Virus record (IMG/VR): IMGVR_UViG_3300035501_001769
Location: 8,158 to 72,157 of that record
Direction: 5' to 3' (one strand)
From: a virus
Lineage: Duplodnaviria; Caudoviricetes
Length of the DNA stretch: 64,000 bases
How positions within the stretch are numbered: position 1 is the first letter of the stretch; each line of letters opens with the position of its first letter. Shown here piece by piece: positions 1 to 10,338 of this stretch. A program made the translations under genes and the position numbers. The notes below the pieces were generated by a model, which saw nothing but the letters and a program-made list of their open reading frames with translations, was not told the origin of the DNA and made no database searches.

Positions 1-976
1 TGTGCCGAGTAACGAAAGCCAACAAACCTGAATCAAGCCGCACATCCATACCGTCATCCGATAGACCAACAACTACACCAAGAGAGCCATTGTAATATTT
101 TTTTTGGGGGTCATTAACTGTCATCATTACACGTGCGCCAAGTCTTAATGATAATTCAAGGTCGCAAGGTGCTGACATGGGGTTGAAGTCATTGGTTAAG
201 GTCGCTGTAAATGTATGGGTTGCTTCTCCTAATAGCTTGTTGTTGATTTCTTGAACTGTTGATTTTCGCGCACATAAATGTACCGCTTTATTCTCAAAGT
301 CATCGGCAGATTTAATACTTCTGCAACATTCTAATTCTTCAATATCATCATCTGTCAATTGGTATTCTCTTGTGCGGTTCAGAATGTTCACAAACTTGCT
401 ATCAGACTGGCGAAAGACTTGATTAAGTTCTACAATCTTAAACTCCGTTTTACGCCACACCTCCGCGTGAAAAAAGTAAGAACCACGATAATAGTGCTGA
501 AGGACCACCAATTCTTCTTTCTTAACCACAGGAGGGAGCTGGAACAGGTCACCAATCATGACAATTTGAATACCGCCAAAAGGCTGTTCGTTGCTCAGTA
601 TTAACCTTAGCTTACGGTCGATATAATCAAGTACATCAGGGCGTACCATACTAATCTCGTCAATGATGATAGTATCAACCATCTGGAGCATTTTGATTTT
701 GTTAGGCGATACATTTCTCTTAATCACATCATCGGGGGCGAGAACACCGAAGGGAATTGATAATAGGCTATGAAGCGTACAACCACCGGCATTAATAGCG
801 GCTACACCGGTAGAGGCGGCTATAACAAAGTTCTTTTTAACAGTCCTGAGAATGTGGCGAAGCAAAGTTGTTTTGCCGGTTCCTGCTTTGCCTGTAAGAT
901 AGAGATGGTCTGTGCTATATTGAATGATGTCAATAGCTTGTTGCATCTCAGGCGTTATTACGATTTCAGATTTCAT
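1..976 (-). CDS. Pif1/RecD-like SF1B helicase (5' part; runs off the window start; not in the ORF track)
   Basis: Manual translation from ATG at 976: MKSEIVITPEMQQAIDIIQYSTDHLYLTGKAGTGKTT (Walker A) ... ASTGVAAINAGGCTLHS ... IIIDEISMV (Walker B) ... FGGIQIVMIGDLFQLPPV ... VFRQSD; all are Pif1-family motifs. Confidence 0.9.
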   Translation of the reverse strand, partial: MKSEIVITPEMQQAIDIIQYSTDHLYLTGKAGTGKTTLLRHILRTVKKNFVIAASTGVAAINAGGCTLHSLLSIPFGVLAPDDVIKRNVSPNKIKMLQMVDTIIIDEISMVRPDVLDYIDRKLRLILSNEQPFGGIQIVMIGDLFQLPPVVKKEELVVLQHYYRGSYFFHAEVWRKTEFKIVELNQVFRQSDSKFVNILNRTREYQLTDDDIEELECCRSIKSADDFENKAVHLCARKSTVQEINNKLLGEATHTFTATLTNDFNPMSAPCDLELSLRLGARVMMTVNDPQKKYYNGSLGVVVGLSDDGMDVRLDSGLLAFVTRH

Positions 977-2681
977 TGATAGTGAATAATTTATCCTTAT
1001 TGTCAAATAATATGTAATCACCTCGTTGTAATTCATCGGCATAAACTTCAATTGGTTCATCTTCGCCTTCACGTTTCACAACCAATTCAGCATTAACATC
1101 AAGGCTGAGAATGTGGTTATTGTCGAGAGTGACATTGACTGATTCAATTGCTTGCTTTTTGCCACATACAACCGTTGTATTTGCCGGATATAACCCTGCG
1201 CGTTCAGGAAGTAGAAAACGTTCAAAAATCAGGTCATATTTCATCGGATCTACAAGCGTAATGCCAAGCAGATACAGCAATAGAGAACCGGCAGCAGAGC
1301 CACGACCACAACCAACTAAGATACCGTTACGCTTACACCAGTTAACTGTGTCGTATTGTACAAGCAAGTAGTCGATATTGTCGGTGGATTCTATGATGTA
1401 CTTCTCATATTCCATCTGCTTACGATACTTGTCAATCTCTGAAGCCGGAACAAGGCGTTGCAGACCATCTTCCAACAACTGATTAAACATATTGTGAGTT
1501 GTCTTATATTTTGCGGCTTCTTCTTCGGTCATGTAGTACTTAGGCATATAGTTACGAGATGTTTCCCATCTCGCCTTAGCACCATCAGCAATCACGATTG
1601 TATTAGCGCAACATTCACGGAATATGCCTAACACATCCCACTTATCGGCATCGAATAGCTGAAGGAAATACGCATAATGCTCATCTATGTCTTTAAAGTA
1701 TTGGTCCTCGGATTGTTGATGAGCAGCACCGATAGCAATCTTGTTCAGGATAATCTTGTTTCTTGCATCATCCTTGTCAAGATAGTAGCAATCGCCAATA
1801 AGCACCGGTGGCACCAAGCCTGAGTTATACACGTTATCAAAGTAGTGTTTGGTTGCTGTCAGCGTAACAATGTCAATACGTTCTGCTTTATATTCAGATA
1901 AGTCCACTTGGTATAATACGTGAATAAACTTGTCAATAAACTCAGTATCAATTAAATCCATGTGACCGCTAATCCATTCAGCAGTATTCTTGCCAAACAC
2001 AAGCACGTTACCTTCAGCATAACTTAATAATTGGTCTATTGTCAACGTCTTATCATCCGGATTATCAACCATTATTGTCTTTTGGATTCTCAGCAGATTA
2101 CGTAGACCTTTTTGAGTTTGCACGTACACTTTAGCTTCTACTTTGTTATCGTCATCGTCTGTAAAAACCAAACTGTAACCAAAGACAGGATTGATATTGG
2201 CTGAAGCACATTCTTTTTGCAACACAAATAAACTCGCCATCGTGTTAAGGTCACACACGCCAAGAGCTGCATGACCAAGATATTTAGCCTTAGTAACCCA
2301 TTGTTTGGGCATAAAGCTACCGTTAAGTAGTTCGTAAGGCGTATGTACACCAAGATTAACATACGGTATGTCAATCTCTGTCGACACTCGTTCACCTATG
2401 TATTTGAGGATATTGAGAGAAAACTCTGAATTGAAGTTGTGGTAATAATAATTATCTCCAAACTTGAAGATAACATAGTGAATATCTTCTGCTTCAAGCG
2501 CTTCTCTATCTTCGACAAGGTTAAACTCCATCTCACCTGTTTCGGTGGGTTTAAAAATTGATTTGATTTTGGTCATGTTCTGGTAGAACATCTTGCCGAC
2601 TCCATCAATCAACACACATTCCTTATCGATTACTGCGTGTTTGATTTTATTGTTTCGGAGCCATTCGGTTAACTTATTCAT
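966..2681 (-). CDS. dnaE: DNA polymerase III alpha subunit, N-terminal half only (PHP domain plus start of palm), ending in a Hint/intein-like tail
   Basis: HTPYELLNGS (PHP), GCGRGSAAGSLLLYLLGIT, FERFLLPER; the ORF stops about 77 aa later with no PDID catalytic motif. Confidence 0.9.
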   Translation of the reverse strand: MNKLTEWLRNNKIKHAVIDKECVLIDGVGKMFYQNMTKIKSIFKPTETGEMEFNLVEDREALEAEDIHYVIFKFGDNYYYHNFNSEFSLNILKYIGERVSTEIDIPYVNLGVHTPYELLNGSFMPKQWVTKAKYLGHAALGVCDLNTMASLFVLQKECASANINPVFGYSLVFTDDDDNKVEAKVYVQTQKGLRNLLRIQKTIMVDNPDDKTLTIDQLLSYAEGNVLVFGKNTAEWISGHMDLIDTEFIDKFIHVLYQVDLSEYKAERIDIVTLTATKHYFDNVYNSGLVPPVLIGDCYYLDKDDARNKIILNKIAIGAAHQQSEDQYFKDIDEHYAYFLQLFDADKWDVLGIFRECCANTIVIADGAKARWETSRNYMPKYYMTEEEAAKYKTTHNMFNQLLEDGLQRLVPASEIDKYRKQMEYEKYIIESTDNIDYLLVQYDTVNWCKRNGILVGCGRGSAAGSLLLYLLGITLVDPMKYDLIFERFLLPERAGLYPANTTVVCGKKQAIESVNVTLDNNHILSLDVNAELVVKREGEDEPIEVYADELQRGDYILFDNKDKLFTINEI

Positions 2682-3713
2682 TTACAGCGTTGTTAATTTA
2701 AATTCTGTTGGCGTTTGCAGATTTGTGCTGAAAGTGTCGTAAATATCCCAGAAGTCCATTTCATCCCAGTCCTTACCATCGCTATCAATTTTGGCTATTA
2801 ATACATCAAAATATTCTGATAGTTCTGCTGCGACACGGTTAATTGCTTCTGTTGCATCGGAGTCATATCCAACTACAATCGTTGATACTCCTTTGGATTG
2901 TAGTTTAAAGATTTGAGCCTGAGAGATTTTCTTGCCGAAGGTTGCCACAGGTACAATTCGGTGATTATCGTAGAGGTTCAATTTTCTTGTTAAGGCGATA
3001 ACATCAAAGATACCTTCACACAGAATAACTGTATCAGTTTCATCTTCTATTACTGCATCGTAGTTGTATAACAGCTTAACATAGTCGTTTTCAGTGCTAT
3101 TGTTGTAACGTCTGATTTCATACCTGCCTTTGCGCCTTGCTTCATCATTATATTCATCAATAGTATCTTTGGTCCATTTGTGTCTGCCAATATAACCTAC
3201 AATATCGCCTGAATCAATGATGGGAAATAAGACATAGTTATCGTATTTAAAATTCAGTCCTCGTGTCGTACCTACCGGAAAATAGTCATAATCATCATAA
3301 ACAAAGCCACGACATTTAAGATACTTATCCTGAAAGCAGCGTTTCCATCCTTCAGGCATATTGACGATAACAAGTTCATCATCAATCTCCTCATCATTAT
3401 TCAGCGAATAGAAAGACGATACTTCTAATGGTGCAATCTGTGTTGTTTCCTCAGCAATTAAATCAGGTCTACCAATATCTTTGAGCAGCTGAGGTAGTTC
3501 TTTTGTTGTGTGACCACATTTAAAGCAGTGCGACATGAATGGCTTTTTACGCCCGGTTTCAGGACCGATGTAAATGCCGAACTTTGAGCCGCCCTTACCG
3601 CAATAAGGACACTCAGGTACAAGCAGATTTTTACGACCACCATCATAGTTGGCGTGAAGCTCAATTATCAGCTCTTGGATAATGTGTTCGCGCTCGTCTT
3701 TTGAATAATACAT
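2682..3713 (-). CDS. dnaG: DNA primase (Zn-finger plus TOPRIM)
   Basis: CPYC...CFKCG zinc finger; ILCEGIFD and VGYDSD TOPRIM motifs; located in the replication module. Confidence 0.85.
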   Translation of the reverse strand: MYYSKDEREHIIQELIIELHANYDGGRKNLLVPECPYCGKGGSKFGIYIGPETGRKKPFMSHCFKCGHTTKELPQLLKDIGRPDLIAEETTQIAPLEVSSFYSLNNDEEIDDELVIVNMPEGWKRCFQDKYLKCRGFVYDDYDYFPVGTTRGLNFKYDNYVLFPIIDSGDIVGYIGRHKWTKDTIDEYNDEARRKGRYEIRRYNNSTENDYVKLLYNYDAVIEDETDTVILCEGIFDVIALTRKLNLYDNHRIVPVATFGKKISQAQIFKLQSKGVSTIVVGYDSDATEAINRVAAELSEYFDVLIAKIDSDGKDWDEMDFWDIYDTFSTNLQTPTEFKLTTL

Positions 3714-3719
3714 AATACA

Positions 3720-4589
3720 TTACATACCTTTATTTAGCCAATACTCTATTAGTTTTTGTTCTCTATCTTCAATGACTTTAAGCTGTTCGCTATCATTTAT
3801 ATCGAGGGTGGGGTAGCCCTCACCTAAAATCTCCAATTCTTTTTCGTCAAGTAGTCCTTCTTCGAGAGCTATCTGAATAGTCCATTGTTCAGCTATTGCA
3901 CGAGCGATACCCGGAAAAGTCTTACTGCGCAATCGTCTACGAGCTTCAGGGGTTCTTGTCTTGCTGAACGCTTCGTGATACCATTTGGCCATTTTGCTAC
4001 CACTTTTAAATACAACATATTCACCGTGGTCATCGGTTTCTTTACTGGGATGAAGTGGCTTTAAGTTCTTCAACCACAGGCAAGTATTTTTGCTGTATGG
4101 GTCGCCAAACATATACGGATGGATTTTAATATCCGGCTTTCGATAGCGTGTACTCATAATGCCAATCGGGTTTTCTACTGCAATACGCTTTACATCGCTG
4201 TTTATCAAAGACATAAAGAAGTTAGCAGCTTCTTCTCTATCTTTCGCTCTGTTGGGGAATTTAGGATGAGGTCTGCGCCATTCAGTCGGAAGGTGTTTGT
4301 CATCAGGGTGATAATACCATCGAACTCCACTGCCGGCTAAGTACGTACAGGGGGGGTGAGCTATCATAATATCCCAATCCCCACCTACCTCAGCTATTTG
4401 TCCATTCTGAAGTGTGAGATTTGATTTATCCAAAACGGTATTAATATCGTGGTTAAAATGCCATTCTGGGTGTTCACCACTACAATCAAGTAAGTCACAA
4501 CTGAAGGCTATATGACCCAGTTTGCGAAATGCCATACATACCGCTTGACTTTCCTCACACGCTATTAAAATGTTTAGTTTACGTTTCAT
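3720..4589 (-). CDS. Phage DNA cytosine methyltransferase-like protein
   Basis: N-terminal LIACEESQ SAM-binding-like motif, DIMIAHPPC catalytic motif, VENP motif, C-terminal RSKTFPGIA. Confidence 0.75.
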   Translation of the reverse strand: MKRKLNILIACEESQAVCMAFRKLGHIAFSCDLLDCSGEHPEWHFNHDINTVLDKSNLTLQNGQIAEVGGDWDIMIAHPPCTYLAGSGVRWYYHPDDKHLPTEWRRPHPKFPNRAKDREEAANFFMSLINSDVKRIAVENPIGIMSTRYRKPDIKIHPYMFGDPYSKNTCLWLKNLKPLHPSKETDDHGEYVVFKSGSKMAKWYHEAFSKTRTPEARRRLRSKTFPGIARAIAEQWTIQIALEEGLLDEKELEILGEGYPTLDINDSEQLKVIEDREQKLIEYWLNKGM

Positions 4590-4708
4590 TATCTGAGAGA
4601 ATGTGGTTTATGCTTTCTCTCAGAATAGGTTGTTCAAATTCTCTCCGGTGTGATTTTTTGAGAGAAATTTGAGAGAAAAATTGAGAAAACTTAAACCACT
4701 GTCATCTC

Positions 4709-6082
4709 TCAGCTTCTACTACATAACGCTAAATTCATTGTTCGCTTCTTATCATAAAACCTTTCATGCTCATAATCAGTAGCAATTCTGAAAGCCTCAC
4801 CCTTCCTGAAGAATCGAGCCTTAGCCACATGAAGCCGCATCGTACCTTCTTTTTCCTCGCGTGATGACTGGTTAAGAGTTATCAAATGGGTAAGCGGTCG
4901 AGCAAGACCTTTGGCTTCCGCTGTGTTATAAGCTGTCAGTACATTCTTTTCATCGTTTAACCACTCTTGGTTTTCGATGGTTGATTGATACGTTACGACA
5001 ATCCAAACATTCTCATCACTCGCTAAGTCTTTCAGGTCATTCGCCACACTAATACGTTTCAAGCGTTCTCCTTGGTCGCTGTAATGTTTACCCGAAGCGT
5101 CTGTTAACAAGTCCATAGAGTCGATAATGATAATATCGGGTGCGAATTTGTATTTGCGCTTAAAGTCTTGAATCGCCTTATGAATATCTTTGGTTGATAC
5201 CTGAGAATTGAACTTAGGGTAAGACTTAACATATAGCTTGCCTGATACCTGTTTAAGTTCTTCCTCAATCTCCTGTAATTCCTTGTCGGTCAACAAGCCA
5301 TTCTCAAACTTATAGGTGCTACATGATGCCAATGAAGCTGAATATGCGTCAATAACTTCAGCTTCACTACCTTCAAGCTGAAAGTGAAGTACGTTAAGAC
5401 CATCCATTTGACACGCACATTTACCTACCCAACGTGCGATGTGAGATTTACCAACACCGGTGGGTGCAAGAAAACATGATAACTGACCGCGAAGATTACG
5501 TGATTGGTTACGTATATCAAGCTCATCAATGTAGAAACGCACAACTTCTTTAGCTTGTCCTTCAGTGTTACGCTTTTCTTTGTTTTGCACATATCGCTGG
5601 GTGAAGTTACCTGTAATATCGACAAACTCAGCAGATTGTAAAGAGAACTTATTAACCCAATCGCTATACTCCACCAACCGTTTTGTCGCTGCATCTACGC
5701 CTGTACGGTTGTATAAGTCGATAAGCTCCTGATACGTTTTTTGAAACTTGACCTGTTTGATATACGTTTCAAGCTGAGCCATTGCATCAGCGGTTGGCAG
5801 CGCATTATTATAGTCTGACAATATCTCATCAAACAAAGAACGTGCAGCACGTGATGATGCCAAAGACTGCATGATTACCGATTCTTGCGGTATCTTTTTA
5901 TTCTTCTTATAATAGTCGGTTATGGCAGTGTGAAGTGCTTGATAATCCTTGTTGGGTAGCATGGACTTATCAAGGTGTTCTGTCATAACCGCTAAGATGT
6001 ATTCATTATTAAGACATGACGAATACAAATCCCCCAGAAATTCCTCCGTGAGAAGTGGATTTGATTTATTTAGCGGTGCCAT
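4709..6082 (-). CDS. dnaB: DnaB-like replicative helicase
   Basis: Walker A APTGVGKS, HFQLEG, IIIDSMD, VTYQ; next to primase. Confidence 0.85.
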   Translation of the reverse strand: MAPLNKSNPLLTEEFLGDLYSSCLNNEYILAVMTEHLDKSMLPNKDYQALHTAITDYYKKNKKIPQESVIMQSLASSRAARSLFDEILSDYNNALPTADAMAQLETYIKQVKFQKTYQELIDLYNRTGVDAATKRLVEYSDWVNKFSLQSAEFVDITGNFTQRYVQNKEKRNTEGQAKEVVRFYIDELDIRNQSRNLRGQLSCFLAPTGVGKSHIARWVGKCACQMDGLNVLHFQLEGSEAEVIDAYSASLASCSTYKFENGLLTDKELQEIEEELKQVSGKLYVKSYPKFNSQVSTKDIHKAIQDFKRKYKFAPDIIIIDSMDLLTDASGKHYSDQGERLKRISVANDLKDLASDENVWIVVTYQSTIENQEWLNDEKNVLTAYNTAEAKGLARPLTHLITLNQSSREEKEGTMRLHVAKARFFRKGEAFRIATDYEHERFYDKKRTMNLALCSRS

Positions 6083-6656
6083 ATTCGCTTCTTAATCTAT
6101 ATAATTCCGGATAATTTTTTTGTGTTTCGCGTTTACAGTCATTGATATAACTACATTCATGACAAGCTGCTGAAAGCGGACTCCAACCTAATGTTGATTC
6201 CTGACACAGCACATATCCTACTCGTTGGTTCAACATTCTGCGTTTGGTCGGTTCCTCAGCTTCAACGTATATGTATTGAGCTTGTGGGTGTTGGCTAAGG
6301 TCGCGTATTTGGTCGAGTAAATAACTGCGAGAAATACCACCGCCTTCAAGCCACAAATCTTCATAATATCGCTGTTGGTGCTTTCGTTCCCTGAACTTAG
6401 ATATAGCCGTAGGACCAAAAATCACGTTAGCTTGCTGAGGTTGTATGCTATTACGCCTGTTATATGCTGCAAAAATGATAAAGTCGGTTAACCGTTCTTC
6501 CCCCAGTTCACCATATTCTTTTGCCATCCTCGTATTGAAAGCCGCCAACGCTTTTTGGGTACTCCCCCCTTGTGATAATTTAAGAGGGGAGTTTAGCTTG
6601 TCTTGAAGGATTGATAGCAACTTAACTGTGTTTTTTAGCAATCTTCCTTGTTCCAT
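6066..6656 (-). CDS. Hypothetical protein with C-terminal Cys cluster
   Basis: 196-aa ORF overlapping both neighbours; CQE...CHECSYINDC. Confidence 0.6.
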   Translation of the reverse strand: MEQGRLLKNTVKLLSILQDKLNSPLKLSQGGSTQKALAAFNTRMAKEYGELGEERLTDFIIFAAYNRRNSIQPQQANVIFGPTAISKFRERKHQQRYYEDLWLEGGGISRSYLLDQIRDLSQHPQAQYIYVEAEEPTKRRMLNQRVGYVLCQESTLGWSPLSAACHECSYINDCKRETQKNYPELYRLRSEYGTAK

Positions 6657-7263
6657 TTCGATGTAGTGAGTTTCTTAACTGTTGTCGAGCAAGGAACAAG
6701 CGACTCTTAATTGTGTCGATATTAGGAGAACTTAGATTGCCCTTCTCGTACTCAATTTCAGCTATTTCCTTCAGTGAATAACCTGTTGTCTGAAGGATAA
6801 AAGCATCTCGGTACATTGGTTTGAGTCCATCTAAAGCTATCAAAATATCATCACTGAGCATTGTACGGTAGTTGTCAATTGTCATCGCATTAGCTGAGAT
6901 GTCATCAAGTTCATAACTACCTGCCACCTGCTCAGATACATTACAATCGAAGTCCTTGCGTTGTTCTTGCTTCCATCGCTCACGGTTCAACTTATACACA
7001 TGACGTTTTGTGCAAATGTGAATCCACGGTCGAATATCTGTTGTCGGATCATAAGTTTCGATACCTTTATACAATATCGTGAGGACTGAGTAATAAAACT
7101 CTTTTACATCAGCGAAGTCATTGGTGTATTGGCGAGTCAACTTGTATATCATCCTAAATTTAGGCTTGATAAGTTCGTTGAATAGCTGATTACGCCTTTG
7201 AGTTTCTTCGTCAGTTAGCGTACTTCGCTTTCGCTTGGATTGGCTTGTTTCTTCTTCTCCCAT
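6622..7263 (-). CDS. Phage-encoded RNA polymerase sigma factor (sigma-70, ECF-like)
   Basis: Region 2-like YKGIETYDPTTDIRPWIHICTKRHVY; region 4 HTH GYSLKEIAEI...TIKSRLFLARQQL. Confidence 0.85.
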   Translation of the reverse strand: MGEEETSQSKRKRSTLTDEETQRRNQLFNELIKPKFRMIYKLTRQYTNDFADVKEFYYSVLTILYKGIETYDPTTDIRPWIHICTKRHVYKLNRERWKQEQRKDFDCNVSEQVAGSYELDDISANAMTIDNYRTMLSDDILIALDGLKPMYRDAFILQTTGYSLKEIAEIEYEKGNLSSPNIDTIKSRLFLARQQLRNSLHRNGTRKIAKKHS

Positions 7264-7499
7264 GAAGCTGCAACCTCTTGAACAAATAAATCAGATGCAG
7301 CCGCAGGTAAACCTTTAGCTTCACAATACCTTTTCCATGTATTGTTACGTTTATTAAATTCCACCCGAACTTCTTCATCAGATGGTTGTGGCTTCTTGGA
7401 TAGGAAAGCGTAAAATTCCATTAGCAAATCCCCAAGTACCGCGAAATTTTGTGAGATAATCCTCTCTTTTAATCGCCTAAGCCTTCTACTTTGACTCAT
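7215..7499 (-). CDS. Hypothetical protein
   Basis: 94-aa ORF tightly packed in the operon. Confidence 0.55.
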   Translation of the reverse strand: MSQSRRLRRLKERIISQNFAVLGDLLMEFYAFLSKKPQPSDEEVRVEFNKRNNTWKRYCEAKGLPAAASDLFVQEVAASWEKKKQANPSESEVR

Positions 7500-7520
7500 A
7501 TTGTTGTGATGATAGATTGG

Positions 7521-8009
7521 TTATAAGTTGTATTTGATGATGTAGTAATAGAAGATATGTGTTGCATCAGCTTCATTATCGTCAATTGGGGTAATTCCCC
7601 AACGTCTAACACAAAACAGCTTCATCATATCTTTATCAGCATTGCCGCTACCGGTTGCCCATTTCTTGACAGTTTTGGGATTTACAAAAGCAGGTTCGGG
7701 TAAGTTTAGCTCGTCACAGACTTCAAATAGGATTCCCCTAAATTCAGCAAGTTTCACTGAGGATTTAAAGCCGCCGATGGCGTTGCCGGCACTCACATCT
7801 TCCGCGACAATTTGTTTGATGCCATACTTTTGTATGTAGTTGATTAATGTGTCGCGGAAGGCTTTGTGTTGTTTATTGTCGTTTCGATGTTTAGCCTCGG
7901 TAAAATCCCACGTACCACTGGAATATACTGAGTGATAGCCGCAATGTGTGGCGATGTCGAGGCTAAGAACTTGTTCTCTGGTTACTTTTTCTTTTACTTC
8001 ATGATTCAT
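7521..8009 (-). CDS. ruvC: RuvC-like Holliday junction resolvase
   Basis: LSLDIAT..GY, IVAED, DNEADA acidic triad. Confidence 0.8.
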   Translation of the reverse strand: MNHEVKEKVTREQVLSLDIATHCGYHSVYSSGTWDFTEAKHRNDNKQHKAFRDTLINYIQKYGIKQIVAEDVSAGNAIGGFKSSVKLAEFRGILFEVCDELNLPEPAFVNPKTVKKWATGSGNADKDMMKLFCVRRWGITPIDDNEADATHIFYYYIIKYNL

Positions 8010-10335
8010 TAATAATTATATTAGCTATGTTGTTATGTTTGACCACCACTAATTTGTGGGGATAGTTCTCGTGTATAAGACCATGACTTACAACCAACGA
8101 TGTAATTTGAAGGGAGTTGAGCGCATCAAACATACTTGCCAAACCACTTTCATCAGTTGCATCCAAGATTTCATCGAGAACAAGCAAGTCAAGACCGTTA
8201 CCCTTATCACTATCGAGATTGCTGAGGGTGTGCAAAGCCAAGATACTTGCTAAGTTAACTCGTGTCTTTTCACCTTCGGAGAATTTGCCAAACGAACCAC
8301 AATCAATGCCGTCACGAATAATTCCAATCGAGATTTTATCTCTAATTTTGCCGGATTTAAGTAGGGTAAAACCGGCAAAGCGCACACGAATGTCGCTGCC
8401 AATCTTTTCAAGGAAGTCGTTAGTAATTCGTGAAAGTGCATCAATCTTAGAATTAGCCAAGTGCGTCTTAAAGTCAACAAACCTACGCTCTTGCATCTTC
8501 AACTCGTTCAGTTCGTTTTCGATGTTGTGTAATTCTTTGAGATGGCTGCTTAAACTTATTTCTTGTCTGTTTTGTCGCTTTTTAGCATCAATCAATGCGT
8601 CATCGGTTGTCTGCTTTTCGAGCTTATCTATTGTGTCATAGTAAGTGGGTATCATATTATCCAACACCGTTATCTCAGCATCGTGTTGTCTGATAGTGTT
8701 TCGATAACCGCGTATTACACAGTCCAAACTATCAAAAGCATCATCAAACATACGCTCTCTAATTTTAAGCATTGAATCTACCAAGTCATTCATTGACTTA
8801 ACAGCGTTATCCACCTGCCACTGTACGTTTTGTAATTCGATTTGTTTTTCTCTGCTGGCAACTTTGCATTTGTGTAAGGCATCAGCTATTGCGTTACATT
8901 CAGCTCGTGCCACTTCTACAGAGTCCATTAGCTCTTTTAGTTGAGTTTCTTTTTGTTCTACCTGTATAGTCTTATTTTCGATGTCTTTCTTAATGGTTGC
9001 AATGGCTTCAGTTTGTTCCCTTACAATATCATTAAGCTCATCTACCGATTGTCCTGAAGATACAACAAAGGCGTGAGAGCATTTCGGGCAAGCAATCGCG
9101 CTCATTAGCTTAGTCTTAGCTTGCATCAAAGCTGCTTCACATACACTTAGTTTTTTCTTTTCACGAGCTATATCTTGTTCTATATCAGCTTGTTGATGCT
9201 TAATTGCAGTATATTCAACGCGCAAAGAAGCTAACTTGCTTTCTTTAACTTCTTCAGCTTGAACCAACAACTTGTTTGCCTTATCAACATCTATCTCTGC
9301 TGCACTCGCTTCATTTTTGAGGGTAAACAGCTTTTCTTCTAATTGATTTGCTATTTTATCCTTTTCAAGAAACTCATCTTTGCTTCTTTGTGCTTTAACC
9401 AAATAGCTATCTGTTAATATTGCACCCTTGATAGGTTCAAGAACCTTAATCACGCAACCATGCACAGTGAAAATATTTTGTGAACTATTCTGAAGTGATT
9501 GTAACTCCTTGTCAGCTTCTTCAACCTCATTAATAAGATTGTTACACGTTTCAATTTCTTTTTTATGATTGGCAATATCTTCTAATGCACGTTCAATAGC
9601 CTGTTTGGTCTTTTCGATAGTCTGAAGTTTAGCGGCTTCTCTTTCAGGTGCGCTATTTTCAAGGCTTTCTATCTGGCTATTAATAGCTGACAGTTGACCT
9701 TGGTCGTAAGATACTGTAATCTCTTTGTTGTGTAAGTCAGCTTCAAGTGCGGCAATATCCTTTCCAAGATATTCAATAGACTCATCAACCAACACACCAT
9801 TACTGAAACGATTGATAAGTTCTTTCTTCTCTCTGTCCGAACAAGTCAGGAATGATTTATACTTGTGCTTTGATAGAATGAAATTAGAGAACATATCATC
9901 CTTGCTGATACCAATTGTGTCGAGAATAAATCTATTATATTCATTTACATTGGCTTGCACTTCAGCCACATATTCGCCATTAGAATTTAAATCTCTGAAT
10001 GATACTGTGATAGCTTGTGAAGCGTTGCGACTAATGACACGTTTAATTATCATAGACTTGTTATTAGCCTGATTATCCAATGTTAATCGGATTGTAGCTT
10101 CATCATGTTCGTCATTGATAATTTCTTCTAACTTGGTTATGGGGCGTAAAGGTTCACCGGTCAGACCAATTGCAATAGCTTCTATTAAAGCTGATTTGCC
10201 TGAGCCGTTAGATTGTTGAGATTCATTGTCGGCATTATAACCGAAAATAAGGGTGGTGCAGCCTTGTTTCGGGGTATAATTAAGTTCTTCTAATACGCAG
10301 ACATTTTTAGCGTAGATGTTTTTTAATTGCCACAT
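7999..10335 (-). CDS. sbcC: SbcC/Rad50 (gp46-like) ATPase
   Basis: GSGKS Walker A, coiled coil with CPKC zinc hook, FSEGE signature, LLVLDE Walker B, SH loop. Confidence 0.9.
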   Translation of the reverse strand: MWQLKNIYAKNVCVLEELNYTPKQGCTTLIFGYNADNESQQSNGSGKSALIEAIAIGLTGEPLRPITKLEEIINDEHDEATIRLTLDNQANNKSMIIKRVISRNASQAITVSFRDLNSNGEYVAEVQANVNEYNRFILDTIGISKDDMFSNFILSKHKYKSFLTCSDREKKELINRFSNGVLVDESIEYLGKDIAALEADLHNKEITVSYDQGQLSAINSQIESLENSAPEREAAKLQTIEKTKQAIERALEDIANHKKEIETCNNLINEVEEADKELQSLQNSSQNIFTVHGCVIKVLEPIKGAILTDSYLVKAQRSKDEFLEKDKIANQLEEKLFTLKNEASAAEIDVDKANKLLVQAEEVKESKLASLRVEYTAIKHQQADIEQDIAREKKKLSVCEAALMQAKTKLMSAIACPKCSHAFVVSSGQSVDELNDIVREQTEAIATIKKDIENKTIQVEQKETQLKELMDSVEVARAECNAIADALHKCKVASREKQIELQNVQWQVDNAVKSMNDLVDSMLKIRERMFDDAFDSLDCVIRGYRNTIRQHDAEITVLDNMIPTYYDTIDKLEKQTTDDALIDAKKRQNRQEISLSSHLKELHNIENELNELKMQERRFVDFKTHLANSKIDALSRITNDFLEKIGSDIRVRFAGFTLLKSGKIRDKISIGIIRDGIDCGSFGKFSEGEKTRVNLASILALHTLSNLDSDKGNGLDLLVLDEILDATDESGLASMFDALNSLQITSLVVSHGLIHENYPHKLVVVKHNNIANIIINES

Positions 10336-10338
10336 AGC

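Noticed and set aside
8056-10072. Plus-strand ORFs (up to 174 aa) opposite sbcC, and similar antisense ORFs across the window
   Set aside because: Shadow frames of well-supported genes with no recognisable motifs.
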